DNA of 64,000 nucleotides from Parachlamydiaceae bacterium (GTDB lineage Bacteria; Chlamydiota; Chlamydiia; Chlamydiales; Parachlamydiaceae): NCBI GenBank assembly GCA_965200675.1, contig CBDAUP010000001.1, positions 67,750 to 131,749 of the forward strand, read 5' to 3'. Shown piece by piece: positions 48,990 to 58,467 of this stretch (position 1 is its first letter; each line of letters starts with the position of its first letter). The notes under the pieces were generated by a model. It saw only the letters and a program-made list of their open reading frames with translations, ran no database searches and was not told where the DNA came from. The position numbers and the translations under genes were made by a program.

Positions 48990-49628
48990 ATGCGAATCAA
49001 GTTATCATCCGTATTTACTTCTATGCCCGGTTATATGATTAATCCTAACATAGCTATGGCCCTAGACTCTATGACAGCTGCTGCTTTGCTGCACGAACTT
49101 CTCCAAAGAGAGGAGTATCATGCAAAAAACAATGAGCTCATTACAATACGCAAACAAGAGGGTCTCTGGTTTCACTACACGCAAGAAAAATGCAGAGAGC
49201 AGCTCGGTTTCTCGCGAAAACAGCAAGAGACGGCTATCAAAATATTGGAAAAGCAGGGATTAATAACAAAAGTAAATTATGGGCTACCCTGTAAACGACA
49301 CTTCCAAATCAATCAAGCAAATTTTCTAGAATTTTTTGATAAGTATGTAAAATCTAAAGTAAAACACAAACGTCCAGCTAAACAACTGAGTGGTTGCTGC
49401 GCCACACCTAAGAAGTCTAGTTTAAGTTCCGATCAAGCGGATCATCAAGCTGTTCGAGAGCCTGCGCTGCCTGAAAAAGAGCGATCTCTTCCAAAAGCAG
49501 TTAATTCTGCAGCTTACAAAAAGCAACCCTCTAACGACACTCATCGGCAAGAGACTACTCCTAAAAAATCGATTCCCAAAACTGTATCTCCCAAAAATGC
49601 ATCTATGCCAAGAAAAATAGATTTATAA
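48990..49628 (+). CDS. rep-like winged-helix protein, C-terminally truncated copy
   Basis: 212 aa, about 90% identical over about 205 aa to the 358-aa protein at 54498..55574. CREQLGFSRKQQETAIKILEKQGLITK resembles HTH regions of plasmid/phage replication organisers. Similarity ends just before the IS605-type element. Confidence 0.55.
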   Translation: MRIKLSSVFTSMPGYMINPNIAMALDSMTAAALLHELLQREEYHAKNNELITIRKQEGLWFHYTQEKCREQLGFSRKQQETAIKILEKQGLITKVNYGLPCKRHFQINQANFLEFFDKYVKSKVKHKRPAKQLSGCCATPKKSSLSSDQADHQAVREPALPEKERSLPKAVNSAAYKKQPSNDTHRQETTPKKSIPKTVSPKNASMPRKIDL

Positions 49629-49693
49629 GTTTCCTAAATCTAGGAAATTTATTGAACAGATAGCTCGCGCAATCCCACTTGTTTAGAGGTGGG

Positions 49694-50182
49694 TCAAGCG
49701 AGCCATTTTTTCATTGAGTCTCGTTTTCTACCTATATAGTTTTGAGATAATTGGAGTTGCTTACTTTCTAGAGGCTGTCTTTGATTTTGTATGTATTGCT
49801 TAATGATTTCTAAAGGGGCGCCTCCACAAGATAGGACACAATAACTCGGAGACCAAAAATGATCTGCCCATAGCTTATCTTTGAGTTCTTCCCAAAATTC
49901 TTTGCGGATAAAATAAGAAGATTTTCCTTTTAATTTACCAACCAAATTGGCTATAGCTAGCTTCGGAGGACAGCACACCATCAAATGAACAGGATCGTCT
50001 TTTCCTGAAAATTCAATTAATTCTACTTCCATTTGTTGGCATGTTTCAAAAAATATTTTTTTAATCCTGTCTAGCATCTCTTGTGTAAAGACATTTCTAC
50101 GCTATTTTGTCACAAAGACAAGATGAATGAAATTTTTAAAAATACAGCTTCTGCCAGTTCTCCATAAAAATTATTTTTCCAT
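49694..50182 (-). pseudogene. tnpA: IS200/IS605 Y1 transposase TnpA, inactivated
   Basis: Extending the 127-aa ORF upstream in frame gives ...IFKNFIHLVFVTK*RRNVFTQEM. A TAG (50102..50104) replaces the Tyr of the conserved VTKYRR block. The HUH motif reads DPVHLMV (first His lost). A further in-frame TAA lies at 50171..50173. Confidence 0.75.
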
Positions 50183-50241
50183 AATCTTGACCTAAATTTA
50201 AGACTATTGTATAACTTTTATTTTTAAAATGCACAATTGCT

Positions 50242-51627
50242 ATGTTAACAGGCATTATACTACAAGCCCATCCGACAGAGCATCAAAAGCTGATCTTAAG
50301 TCAATGGATGGGATGCGCGCGTTTTATCTGGAATGCCAAATGTGATGAAGCACGCTACTTGCACGGATTTGCAAAACGCTACCTGCCGACCAAGACCTAT
50401 CCCACGATCGATCAGACATTTTCCCAATATAAGGATCAGACTTTATCTCCTTGGCTGTTTAACTGCCCTAGCCAAATCTTAAGAAACTCAACAGTCAACT
50501 ACTATCAAACCCACCGCCATTTTCTCAAAGGCCTATGCGGCAAGCCCAAAAGGAAGAAGAAAACAGATACAGCTAGTATCCATTTGACTAACGAGCTCTT
50601 TCGATTTGAGACAGGCGAAGATGGAGTGAGGCGTTTATTTATTGGATCCAAGACAAATAACATCGGATTTTTAGCGCTTAAAAATCACCGATCTTATGGA
50701 GAGCCAAAGTCGCTCCGCATCAAAAAGAGGAATGGAAGCTATTTCGTCTCTTTCTGCTATGAGGACAACTTAGAGGATTTACAGGATCAAAACGCACATT
50801 TAGAGTACTTGAAAGGCTTAGCTAAAGAAGAGCTAGAAAAAGTCGTGATTGGAGTTGATCGAGGCGTTAAGCGACCTGTGCAAGCAGGTCCTACTGTTTA
50901 TGATTTTTCAGCCGAGCAAAAGAGAAAGAAGTTAGCCAAAGAGCATTACATCAAGCGCTGTCAAAGGAAACTAGCTAGACAGCAAAAAACCTCTAAGCGA
51001 AGAGAGAAGCAAAAACGCAAGCTAGCTAGGGCCTATGAAAAAGTCGCCCATATTCGTCAGGACTTTTGCCATCAGACTAGTCGGTTACTAGTCGATCAGA
51101 CCTCAACTCAAGTGATCGTCTTTGAGGATCTAAAAACTAAACAAATGACTAAAAAGCCCAAAGCTAAAAAAATAGCCGGACAATGGGCACCTAATCGTAG
51201 AAAAAGTAAAGCTGGGCTGAATAGGTCTATCTTAGACAAAGGCTGGCACATCCTAGAGACCTTTGTCCAATATAAAGCGACCAAAGCCGGCAAAGCCTTT
51301 TTCAAGATACCAGCCTACTATACCTCTCAGGAATGTGCAGATTGCGGACACATTCATCCCAACAATCGGCAAACGCAAGCGCGTTTTTGCTGTCAAAGTT
51401 GTGGCCACACTGATCAGGCAGACCACAATGCTGCCAAGGTAATCAAAAAAAGAGCCATCAATTTGTTATTAAACTCTGGAACGGAGTTGTCTAGTCGAGG
51501 TGTTCTACTAGATAGTGGACGTGGAGCTGCAGGTCAGACACGAGGAGCTAGGCAAATCGCGCAGGCAGCTGGGAATCAAGAAGCGTCAAAAAAGAAAGAG
51601 CTAACTGCATTAACCAATGTAGCCTAG
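50242..51627 (+). CDS. tnpB: TnpB (RNA-guided endonuclease family, IS605 OrfB), apparently intact
   Basis: 461 aa. RuvC-I VIGVDRGV, RuvC-II VIVFEDL, YTSQECADCGH....CCQSCGH zinc finger, and RuvC-III DHNAAKVI. Confidence 0.9.
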   Translation: MLTGIILQAHPTEHQKLILSQWMGCARFIWNAKCDEARYLHGFAKRYLPTKTYPTIDQTFSQYKDQTLSPWLFNCPSQILRNSTVNYYQTHRHFLKGLCGKPKRKKKTDTASIHLTNELFRFETGEDGVRRLFIGSKTNNIGFLALKNHRSYGEPKSLRIKKRNGSYFVSFCYEDNLEDLQDQNAHLEYLKGLAKEELEKVVIGVDRGVKRPVQAGPTVYDFSAEQKRKKLAKEHYIKRCQRKLARQQKTSKRREKQKRKLARAYEKVAHIRQDFCHQTSRLLVDQTSTQVIVFEDLKTKQMTKKPKAKKIAGQWAPNRRKSKAGLNRSILDKGWHILETFVQYKATKAGKAFFKIPAYYTSQECADCGHIHPNNRQTQARFCCQSCGHTDQADHNAAKVIKKRAINLLLNSGTELSSRGVLLDSGRGAAGQTRGARQIAQAAGNQEASKKKELTALTNVA

Positions 51628-51692
51628 CAATGGAAGCCTGCTCCATTAGGGGCAGGTAGTTCACATGAATATTATAATCAAAGAGGTTTAAT

Positions 51693-51962
51693 ATGGGTGC
51701 TCATTCTCAGTCCAATCATAAAGCCAAGGTTACTATCGATTGTACTATCGACGAAAGAGCTTATATTAAGATGTTAGCTGCTAAGGCTCACATGAATTTA
51801 AGCGAGTTTATTCTTTCTTATCTGAGAAAGGATTTTCCTCAAGACAGAAAGCCTAATCAAGTTACTTTTAATGCGATGCGAGAAAGCAAAGAAGGAGAAG
51901 GCATAAAATGCGAATCGATAGAAGATTTCTGGGAAAAGATGGGAATGAATCCGCATGCTTAA
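51693..51962 (+). CDS. antitoxin-like protein (RHH-like N-terminus), probably orphaned
   Basis: 89 aa. KVTIDCTIDERAYIKMLAAKAHMNLSEFILSYL resembles the 4740 antitoxin. The downstream overlapping ATG (51955) opens only a 15-codon stub, MLKPVPTSRFNRSIS*. Confidence 0.5.
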   Translation: MGAHSQSNHKAKVTIDCTIDERAYIKMLAAKAHMNLSEFILSYLRKDFPQDRKPNQVTFNAMRESKEGEGIKCESIEDFWEKMGMNPHA

Positions 51963-52280
51963 ACCGGTCCCTACAAGCCGTTTCAATCGATCAATTTCCT
52001 AGACTTTCTAAAATATGGGCCGCTAGTGGTCATCAAGGCATTGAACCGAAATTATACTGTCAAAACTATCAAAATGATAAGTACAATGTGACTAAGGGTT
52101 GCCTCTGCTATTGTGATTTTGTAAACAACCTCTTATAACTGTGTTTTTACTCCTCTTAATGATCAATAATTAAACAATTAGTAATAAAATTGAAAAAACA
52201 ATTAAGCTCATAGCTGATCTTAATTGTTTTTTTTATTTTATTTGTTTATTATGTAATTAATTTTAAAATTAAGGATTTTT

Positions 52281-53673
52281 ATGAATGATTTAATGAGCCT
52301 AATGCCGAACGAATTAATTGTCAAAATTAGCTATTATGCCGAGTCTAACGCGAAAAAAGCACTTTTAATAGTAGATAAGCGTACAAATGAGGTAGTTTCA
52401 GCTGTATTAAAGTGTATTAGAATTTGTCCTCGTAGCTATACTTTATTTGATAGTCATCCTGCCGATATACCAAAAGATATCTTGGTAAAAGTCATTAGTC
52501 GGCATCCAAAGTTGGAAAAGATTATCTTTGGACCAAAAAAAAATTGGGGCGGTAGCGATGAATTTGGAACCAAAGAAGCACCCTATCTTGAATCCTTTAT
52601 ATCCTATATATCCTATATGAAAGGCAAACATATTCAACATCCTCTAAGTTCGGTAAAAAAAATTCAATATATGGAAATTAAGCCGGATGGGTTTGGTATG
52701 GTTGATAAAATAAAAACACAAAAATTAAATAATCTTTTTTTTGAGTTCTATCGGTCATAAGGATTTAGAAAATGTCAGAGTAAGATCTTATCATAATGAC
52801 TCTATTCTTACAGGCACTGAAATTCAACCTATTTTAGACAATTCTCCTAATTTGAAAACCTTTGTATTTTATGGCTTTCAATCAAAACAAACTGTTGATC
52901 TATCTCTTGCAAACCACTCTCTATTGTCTAAAGTAAAATTGTTACATTGGAAAGGTTCCTCTTCCACTATTGACTCACTTATAAACTGTAAAACATTAAA
53001 AGAATTGGTTATTGATTATACGTCCTATTCTTCTCATGAAATTAAAGAAAGTTTGTCAAAGGACCATACTTGGGATTTAAAACGTCTAGAGTTGAAAAGA
53101 TTACGTCTATGTAGCGATAAAGAATTAAATGCGATTACAAAAAAACTCCCAAACTTAGAGTATCTGGATATAAAATTAGAAGATGTTTCGGATAATGGAA
53201 TGGAAATGCTGGGTAAAAACTGTCCTAATTTAAAGGTTCTTAAATTTAGCAATGAAAGTTTAACGAACTTGGGACTGGCTAAACTAACTCAAAATCTTCC
53301 TCATCTTGAAGTGCTTAGCTTTGACTCAGCCTTTGATATTACAGAAGAGGGAATTAAATATATGGCACAAAATTGTAAAAAATTGCGATTGATCCAAGTT
53401 ATGCATTACAAAAAAATAGAAAAATCGGGAATCGATGCCTTAATTCAAAATTGTCCCGATTTAAAGGGGATACAATTTGGCCATGGTGGTCCACTTTCTC
53501 TTGAAGATATAGGTCACTTAGTTGAACAGAAGCCAAAATTGCATTATGTTGAACTTTACAATATAATGGGCATTCAAGAAGAAGAACTAGAGAATTTTTA
53601 TCAGAAATTTACTCAAGTTAGCAAGATCCCTTGTATTTTAAGTATTAAGAAGTTATATAGCTTAGTCGTTTAG
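52281..53673 (+). pseudogene. F-box / LRR gene interrupted by a frameshift in a T8 tract
   Basis: ORF 52281..52760 (F-box-like LMPNELIVKISYY) and ORF 52741..53673 (CC-type LRRs: CPNLKVLKF, LPHLEVLSF, CKKLRLIQV, CPDLKGIQF) overlap at the T run 52735..52742. Removing one T joins them (..NNLFLSSIGHK..). Confidence 0.75.
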
Positions 53674-53840
53674 TTTATCTTCAATAGTATAGTCTATTTT
53701 CTTAAGAATGAATCATTTAATAAGAAGATGAGATTTTCTTAAAAATTATAGGCTAGCAAAATTTCACTTTTCCAATCCTTCTACTTCTATGTTCTTCATA
53801 AAAGTATAACTAATTTTTTTAAATTCACAAACTTACATAT

Positions 53841-55118
53841 CGATTGATCCAATTTCATTATGTCCCAAACTCACATGTGCGATGCGCTCTAATGGCAGTA
53901 CATTATAGTAAGTCTGTAGCGGGCACACTACTAAAGATAACTATTAAGATAACTATATAAGAATACTACTACTACCGCATTAGTCGCATAGTAGTAGTTT
54001 TTTCTTATCAAATAGATTTTAACAAGAGCTGATAAAATTTCTTTGATTTTAGAAATTAGTGCTATTTGGCCATCGGATGAGGGTATCGAATGGCCCAATC
54101 AAGCGAAGGGATGGATTAAAAACATGCTAAGTGCTATAAAAACAAATTTTTAAATTAATGAAGCTAACTACTCGGAGTTTTTGTTAGGATTAGCTGCTAA
54201 AAATAAAGAACTAGCCTGTTCTAACAAATGCAGTCCCAAAAAAAATAATAAATAGAGCTTGTAGAAAAATAAAGCTTTTAATTAAGCTCTGAAAAAGAAA
54301 GAGCCTAGCACGTAAGCTAGGCTCAAAATTACTTGGATTCCCACATGTGTCGCAGCATCCGGAATCCAATTTCCATAGAGAAACACTCTAATCAGACTAT
54401 ATAAAAAAGTATATTTATCTGCAAGAGATAAACTTTTTTTATCTTCTCTTTAGACTGCTTCTCTTGGGAAAACCCTTTTTCCTTAGGAGCTTTTATCATG
54501 CGAATCAAGTTATCATCCATATTTACTTCTATGCCCGGTTATATGACTAATCCCAGCCTAGCTATGGCCCTAGACTCTATAACAGCTGCTGCTTTGCTGC
54601 AAGAACTTCTCCAAAGAGAGGAGTTTCATGCAAAAAACAATGAGCTCATTGCATTGCGCAAACAAGAGGGTCTCTGGTTTCACTACACGCAAGAAAAATG
54701 CAGAGAGCGGCTTGGTTTCTCGCGAAAACAGCAAGAGACGGCTATCAAAATATTGGAAAAGCAGGGATTAATAAAAAAAGTAAATTATGGGTTACCCTGT
54801 AAACGACACTTCCAAATCAATCAAGCAAATTTTCTAGAATTTTTTGATAAGTATGTAAAATCTAAGGTAAAATACAAACGTCCAGCTAAACAGCTGAGTG
54901 GTTGCTGCGCCACACCTAAAAAATCTAGTTCAGGTTCAGATCCAGCTAATCATCAAGCGGTTCGAGAGCCTGCGCTGTCTGAAAAAGAGCGATCTCCTTC
55001 AAAAGCAGTTAATTCTGCAGCTTATAAAAAGCAATACTCTAACGACACTCATCGGCAAGAGACTATTGCTAAACAATCGAGTCCTAAAAATGTATCTCCT
55101 AAGAGTACATCTAGTGTG
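53841..55118 (+). repeat. copy 2 of the 1.3-kb duplicated module
   Basis: See 48334..49610. Confidence 0.85.
54290..54389 (-). ncRNA. predicted minus-strand small RNA, copy 2
   Basis: Same promoter (-35 at 54419..54424, -10 at 54396..54401), the same two stems (54334..54341 / 54361..54368 and 54301..54309 / 54316..54324) and the same T-tract. The differences seen in this hairpin between the two copies fall in the loop of the first hairpin. Confidence 0.4.
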
Positions 55119-55574
55119 CCAAAAGCAAAAAGTAGTCATAGTAATTTTCCCAAAGATCGCCACTTACCCGAACTCGAGGCCTTGAGCCTAAATACAAGCC
55201 AAAAGAGGACTCTCTACGGGACTTTTGACGATCAAAGGCTGTTACAAGCGATTGCTTACTATCGCGCTTTTAAAAAAGAGCCGACTAACTTAGGCGGTTT
55301 TCTCTATCAAGCATGTCAAAATGAATGGAAACAAAGCGCCACTAAACAGGATAAACTGCTAGCTAATAAGAAGTTAACACTAGAAAAATTTGGCAAATAT
55401 GAAGATATTAATTTACAGGGTCAAAGCGTATCTATTCACAAGGATTACGTTATGTTTAGCACCATTTGTGGTAGTAGTTGCCTAAATTACGAAGAGAATG
55501 ACTTTGCCACCAAGCTAGATCATTGGTTAGCAAGAGTCAAACCCCATTATGAACGCTGTTATCATAGTCAGTGA
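54498..55574 (+). CDS. rep-like winged-helix protein, full-length copy
   Basis: 358 aa. Same N-terminal 205 aa as 48990..49628, plus a 150-aa C-terminal domain. Confidence 0.55.
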   Translation: MRIKLSSIFTSMPGYMTNPSLAMALDSITAAALLQELLQREEFHAKNNELIALRKQEGLWFHYTQEKCRERLGFSRKQQETAIKILEKQGLIKKVNYGLPCKRHFQINQANFLEFFDKYVKSKVKYKRPAKQLSGCCATPKKSSSGSDPANHQAVREPALSEKERSPSKAVNSAAYKKQYSNDTHRQETIAKQSSPKNVSPKSTSSVPKAKSSHSNFPKDRHLPELEALSLNTSQKRTLYGTFDDQRLLQAIAYYRAFKKEPTNLGGFLYQACQNEWKQSATKQDKLLANKKLTLEKFGKYEDINLQGQSVSIHKDYVMFSTICGSSCLNYEENDFATKLDHWLARVKPHYERCYHSQ

Positions 55575-57077
55575 TTATGTTAATGGCTCTACCTTTGATT
55601 TCTTCATTAATTTGGATAGATACTGATGGGCACAAATGCTATCGGGATTAGTGTAGGGTAAATCTTTGATGATGAGTAAGTAGTTAACCGTATTAAAGTA
55701 GATTTTCCTCACTTTATCATCTAGGGTTAGAGTTCCCGTAATGACTTTAAAAGAAGATTCTTTTATTTTTTTAGACTTAATTAACTGGATGGCCTCAGGT
55801 TTAATGCCATATGGATCCCATTGATTGTAATGAATTAGGGCAGCGAGGCTTTTCTGTTGGGCAGCTAGGGGTAATTGGGACCAGTTTTTTAATGAAGGAG
55901 CTAGTTGGGCTTTTAACTGGGTTAGGGCAGCAGTTACAGGATAGGTGATCGTTTTATCTTCAATTAAACGCTTAGGTAGTTCGAAGGCGCTACGTTGGTA
56001 TTTTAATTGCTGTTCTAAATCTGAGCGCATCTCCTCTTCTAAGTCATAGGGACTCAAATTATTTTTTAGAGAGTAATCTAAACCCCTGCTCATTGTAATC
56101 ATTGAGGGAACTTTGCGATACTGACAAGTTTTACTAGCTGAAGGAAAGTGCGAAAATTTCGTGTCGACACTGTATCTCCAATCTTCATCGGCATAGCTCG
56201 AAATTAGGCCACCATTTACCCAGCGCTCTTCTATTGGTTTTGCACCCTTAGCAAGAAATGCTTGCTTGTCATTAGGTACAATGCCGTAATGGGAAAATAG
56301 GTAATTTTTAGGCCCTATGATGTGCTCTAAGAGATCGTGCCTGGTCATATCAGCTCCATTGTTGGCTAATGCTTTTTCTATTTTTTTGCTATAGATCTGG
56401 AGCTTTTCTTGTGCTTTTAAGGCCTCTTGTGAGATGAATAGATGGGAATTAGAGATCGAACGACTGGCATTGGCTAGACCTGCAGGACTTTGTTTGAGTG
56501 CGATTAACCGAGCTTGATGGTTAGCTAGCTTTCTCTTTAAAACCTTCTTCTCTTCTTTATGACCCTCTTTTTGTGCTTTTGCATAAGCTTGTCGATAACT
56601 TTTGAGCTGATCAAAATAAACAGCGGCTTTAGCTGGATCATCAAAATACAGGGCATCTAGCCTAGTTTTTTGAGCTACACCATAGCTAAAAGGAATCGCT
56701 TGTCCTTGATATACAAACGAGTTAGCTTGTGCTAAAGAGAGAGTAGCAAAATAATCTAAAATTTTAGGCTTCATTTCCGCTGACTGAATGGGATAGAGAT
56801 AGGATGCAGCACGGATTAATCTGTCGCAAAGATCTGCTTTTTGGCGCTGTTTCCTCGATAAGACCTCCTCAAAGGATTTGCCTTCACTCATAATAGCGAG
56901 GCAGTTTTTAAAGAGGGTAGCTGAACAGCCCGAACAGGTAAAAGTCTGACTTGCTTGCATCCCATGAAATAAGCTCCTAGCAATGAGTTCTACTTTTTCA
57001 GCGTCCGCCTTTTCAAGCACTAGACTCGGGCTGCCATCTGTAAAAGAAATAGTAATAGAAGAAGTTAAAAGTTGCAT
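55575..57077 (-). CDS. BTB/POZ-like N-terminal domain protein (paralog of 61965..63104)
   Basis: 500 aa. ITISFTDGSPSLVLEKADAEKVELIARSLFHGM...CSATLFKNCLAIMSEGK...LIRAASYLY follows the block order of BTB domains. This is motif-level only. Confidence 0.45.
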   Translation of the reverse strand: MQLLTSSITISFTDGSPSLVLEKADAEKVELIARSLFHGMQASQTFTCSGCSATLFKNCLAIMSEGKSFEEVLSRKQRQKADLCDRLIRAASYLYPIQSAEMKPKILDYFATLSLAQANSFVYQGQAIPFSYGVAQKTRLDALYFDDPAKAAVYFDQLKSYRQAYAKAQKEGHKEEKKVLKRKLANHQARLIALKQSPAGLANASRSISNSHLFISQEALKAQEKLQIYSKKIEKALANNGADMTRHDLLEHIIGPKNYLFSHYGIVPNDKQAFLAKGAKPIEERWVNGGLISSYADEDWRYSVDTKFSHFPSASKTCQYRKVPSMITMSRGLDYSLKNNLSPYDLEEEMRSDLEQQLKYQRSAFELPKRLIEDKTITYPVTAALTQLKAQLAPSLKNWSQLPLAAQQKSLAALIHYNQWDPYGIKPEAIQLIKSKKIKESSFKVITGTLTLDDKVRKIYFNTVNYLLIIKDLPYTNPDSICAHQYLSKLMKKSKVEPLT

Positions 57078-57246
57078 GCGTAGCCTCTTTAGATTGAACG
57101 ATTAAATAAATTTTTTACCTTAACGCTTGCCTTTTAATTGTTCAAGATTTTTAAATTAAATCTCTTTTAATAGATTTTGGAATAAACTATAGATGCCTCA
57201 CAGATATAGGGGAGTCCTATTATAGTCACATTTTCATACGTGAATT

Positions 57247-58440
57247 TTATTGGAATAAGGAATTTGGAGATGTTGAGAGAAATGTCTTTAGAGGAATTCC
57301 TTGATCTCCAACTAACAAGATTCTATCTGGCTTAAATTGTCTCACAAAAGAATCTATTCCTGAATGATGAATAGATTCATGAGCACTTTTAACTTCTATA
57401 GCCATGAGTTTTTCTCCCAATTTAAGCACAAAATCAACCTCTCTATCGCCTTCTCTCCAATAGAAAAGTTCCATTTGAGTTCCTCGAATGCTATTAAGCA
57501 GATGTGCTCCTACAGCTGATTCGACAAGTCTACCTAAAAAAACTCTATCCTCCATCGCTTCAAAAAAGTTTTTTCCAGATTGTGCGCTCATAAGAGCAGT
57601 ATTGTAGACGCCAAATTTAGGACTAGATCCTTTTCTTCTTACATTCTGATTTGCAAATTTCTGTAATCCAGTAAGAAGTCCAGCACCATTGAGCAGATCT
57701 AAATAGTGTGCTAAAGTAGTGGAATTACCTGCGTCTTGCAATTCACCAAGCATTTTATTATAGGAGAGAATTTGTCCTGAGTAATGACATCCCAACTGAA
57801 AAAGCCGTCTCAATAAAGCAGGTTTATTGACTTGGCTCATCAATAAAATATCGCGAGAAATCGTTGTTTCTATAATAGATTCGTTAATGTAGTTAGTCCA
57901 ACGCTCTGGATTTTTTTCATCGGCTAGAGTTGCTGCTCCAGGATAGCCCCCAAAATAAAGATAACGCTCTAAAGACCAGTCAAAAATTTCATGCATTTCT
58001 TTAAAAGACCAATGACTAATAGGGATAGTCTCAAATCTACCAGCTAGACTTTCAGACAGTCCTTTTTGCATTAGCCAAGGAGAAGAACCAAGAATCATGA
58101 CAGAAAGATCAATTCCAGAAGCAGTATCTTGATCCCAAAGAAGTTTTACCATATCGGACCAATGGGGGATCTTCTGAATTTCATCCAAAATTAGAAGAGC
58201 TTTTCCTTCAGATTTTGCTAGCTCCCTAGCAACATCCCATTGTTGTCTTAACCAAGAAATATCTTGAAGTGTAGCGAGATCTGCTGTGGTGTATCTGCTT
58301 GGTATTTCTAATTCCTCTGCCACTTGACGTGCTAACGTTGTTTTTCCAACTTGCCGTGGGCCTATAAGAGATTGTATAAAACGACGAGGCTCTCGAAGTC
58401 TTTTCAGAAGTAAATCAAAAGAGGCTCTTTTCTTCATCAT
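57247..58440 (-). CDS. AAA+ ATPase with DUF4143 domain
   Basis: 397 aa. GPRQVGKTTLARQ, LILDEIQKIP, and FYWREGDREVDFVLKLGEKLMAIEVKSA. Confidence 0.85.
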   Translation of the reverse strand: MMKKRASFDLLLKRLREPRRFIQSLIGPRQVGKTTLARQVAEELEIPSRYTTADLATLQDISWLRQQWDVARELAKSEGKALLILDEIQKIPHWSDMVKLLWDQDTASGIDLSVMILGSSPWLMQKGLSESLAGRFETIPISHWSFKEMHEIFDWSLERYLYFGGYPGAATLADEKNPERWTNYINESIIETTISRDILLMSQVNKPALLRRLFQLGCHYSGQILSYNKMLGELQDAGNSTTLAHYLDLLNGAGLLTGLQKFANQNVRRKGSSPKFGVYNTALMSAQSGKNFFEAMEDRVFLGRLVESAVGAHLLNSIRGTQMELFYWREGDREVDFVLKLGEKLMAIEVKSAHESIHHSGIDSFVRQFKPDRILLVGDQGIPLKTFLSTSPNSLFQ

Positions 58441-58467
58441 ATCTATGACTCAGTGCAAGGATTAAGT

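Larger units (their letters stand above)
48334..49610 (+). repeat. copy 1 of a 1.3-kb duplicated module (structured leader plus rep-like gene 5' part)
   Basis: Aligns nearly colinearly (offset about 5507 nt, about 90% identity by eye) with 53841..55118. Confidence 0.85.
49629..51665 (+). mobile_element. IS200/IS605-family element (divergent tnpA pseudogene plus tnpB); ends approximate
   Basis: Hairpins at 49630..49647 and 49674..49693 on the left, and at 51636..51657 on the right, flank the tnpA remnant and tnpB. Confidence 0.55.

Noticed and set aside
37711..50182. Stop-codon reassignment (TAG or TAA read as sense) suggested by in-frame stops in the ankyrin gene and in tnpA
   Set aside because: Long ORFs elsewhere in the window, including the 9.2-kb gene, contain no internal TAA, TAG or TGA. 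The genes checked end in ordinary stops. tnpA also has a degraded HUH motif, which fits pseudogenisation.
51908..52138. 76-aa ORF downstream of the antitoxin as a possible toxin
   Set aside because: It starts inside the antitoxin gene in another frame, has no RelE/ParE-like motifs and is Cys-rich with odd composition. At best it is degenerate toxin remains.
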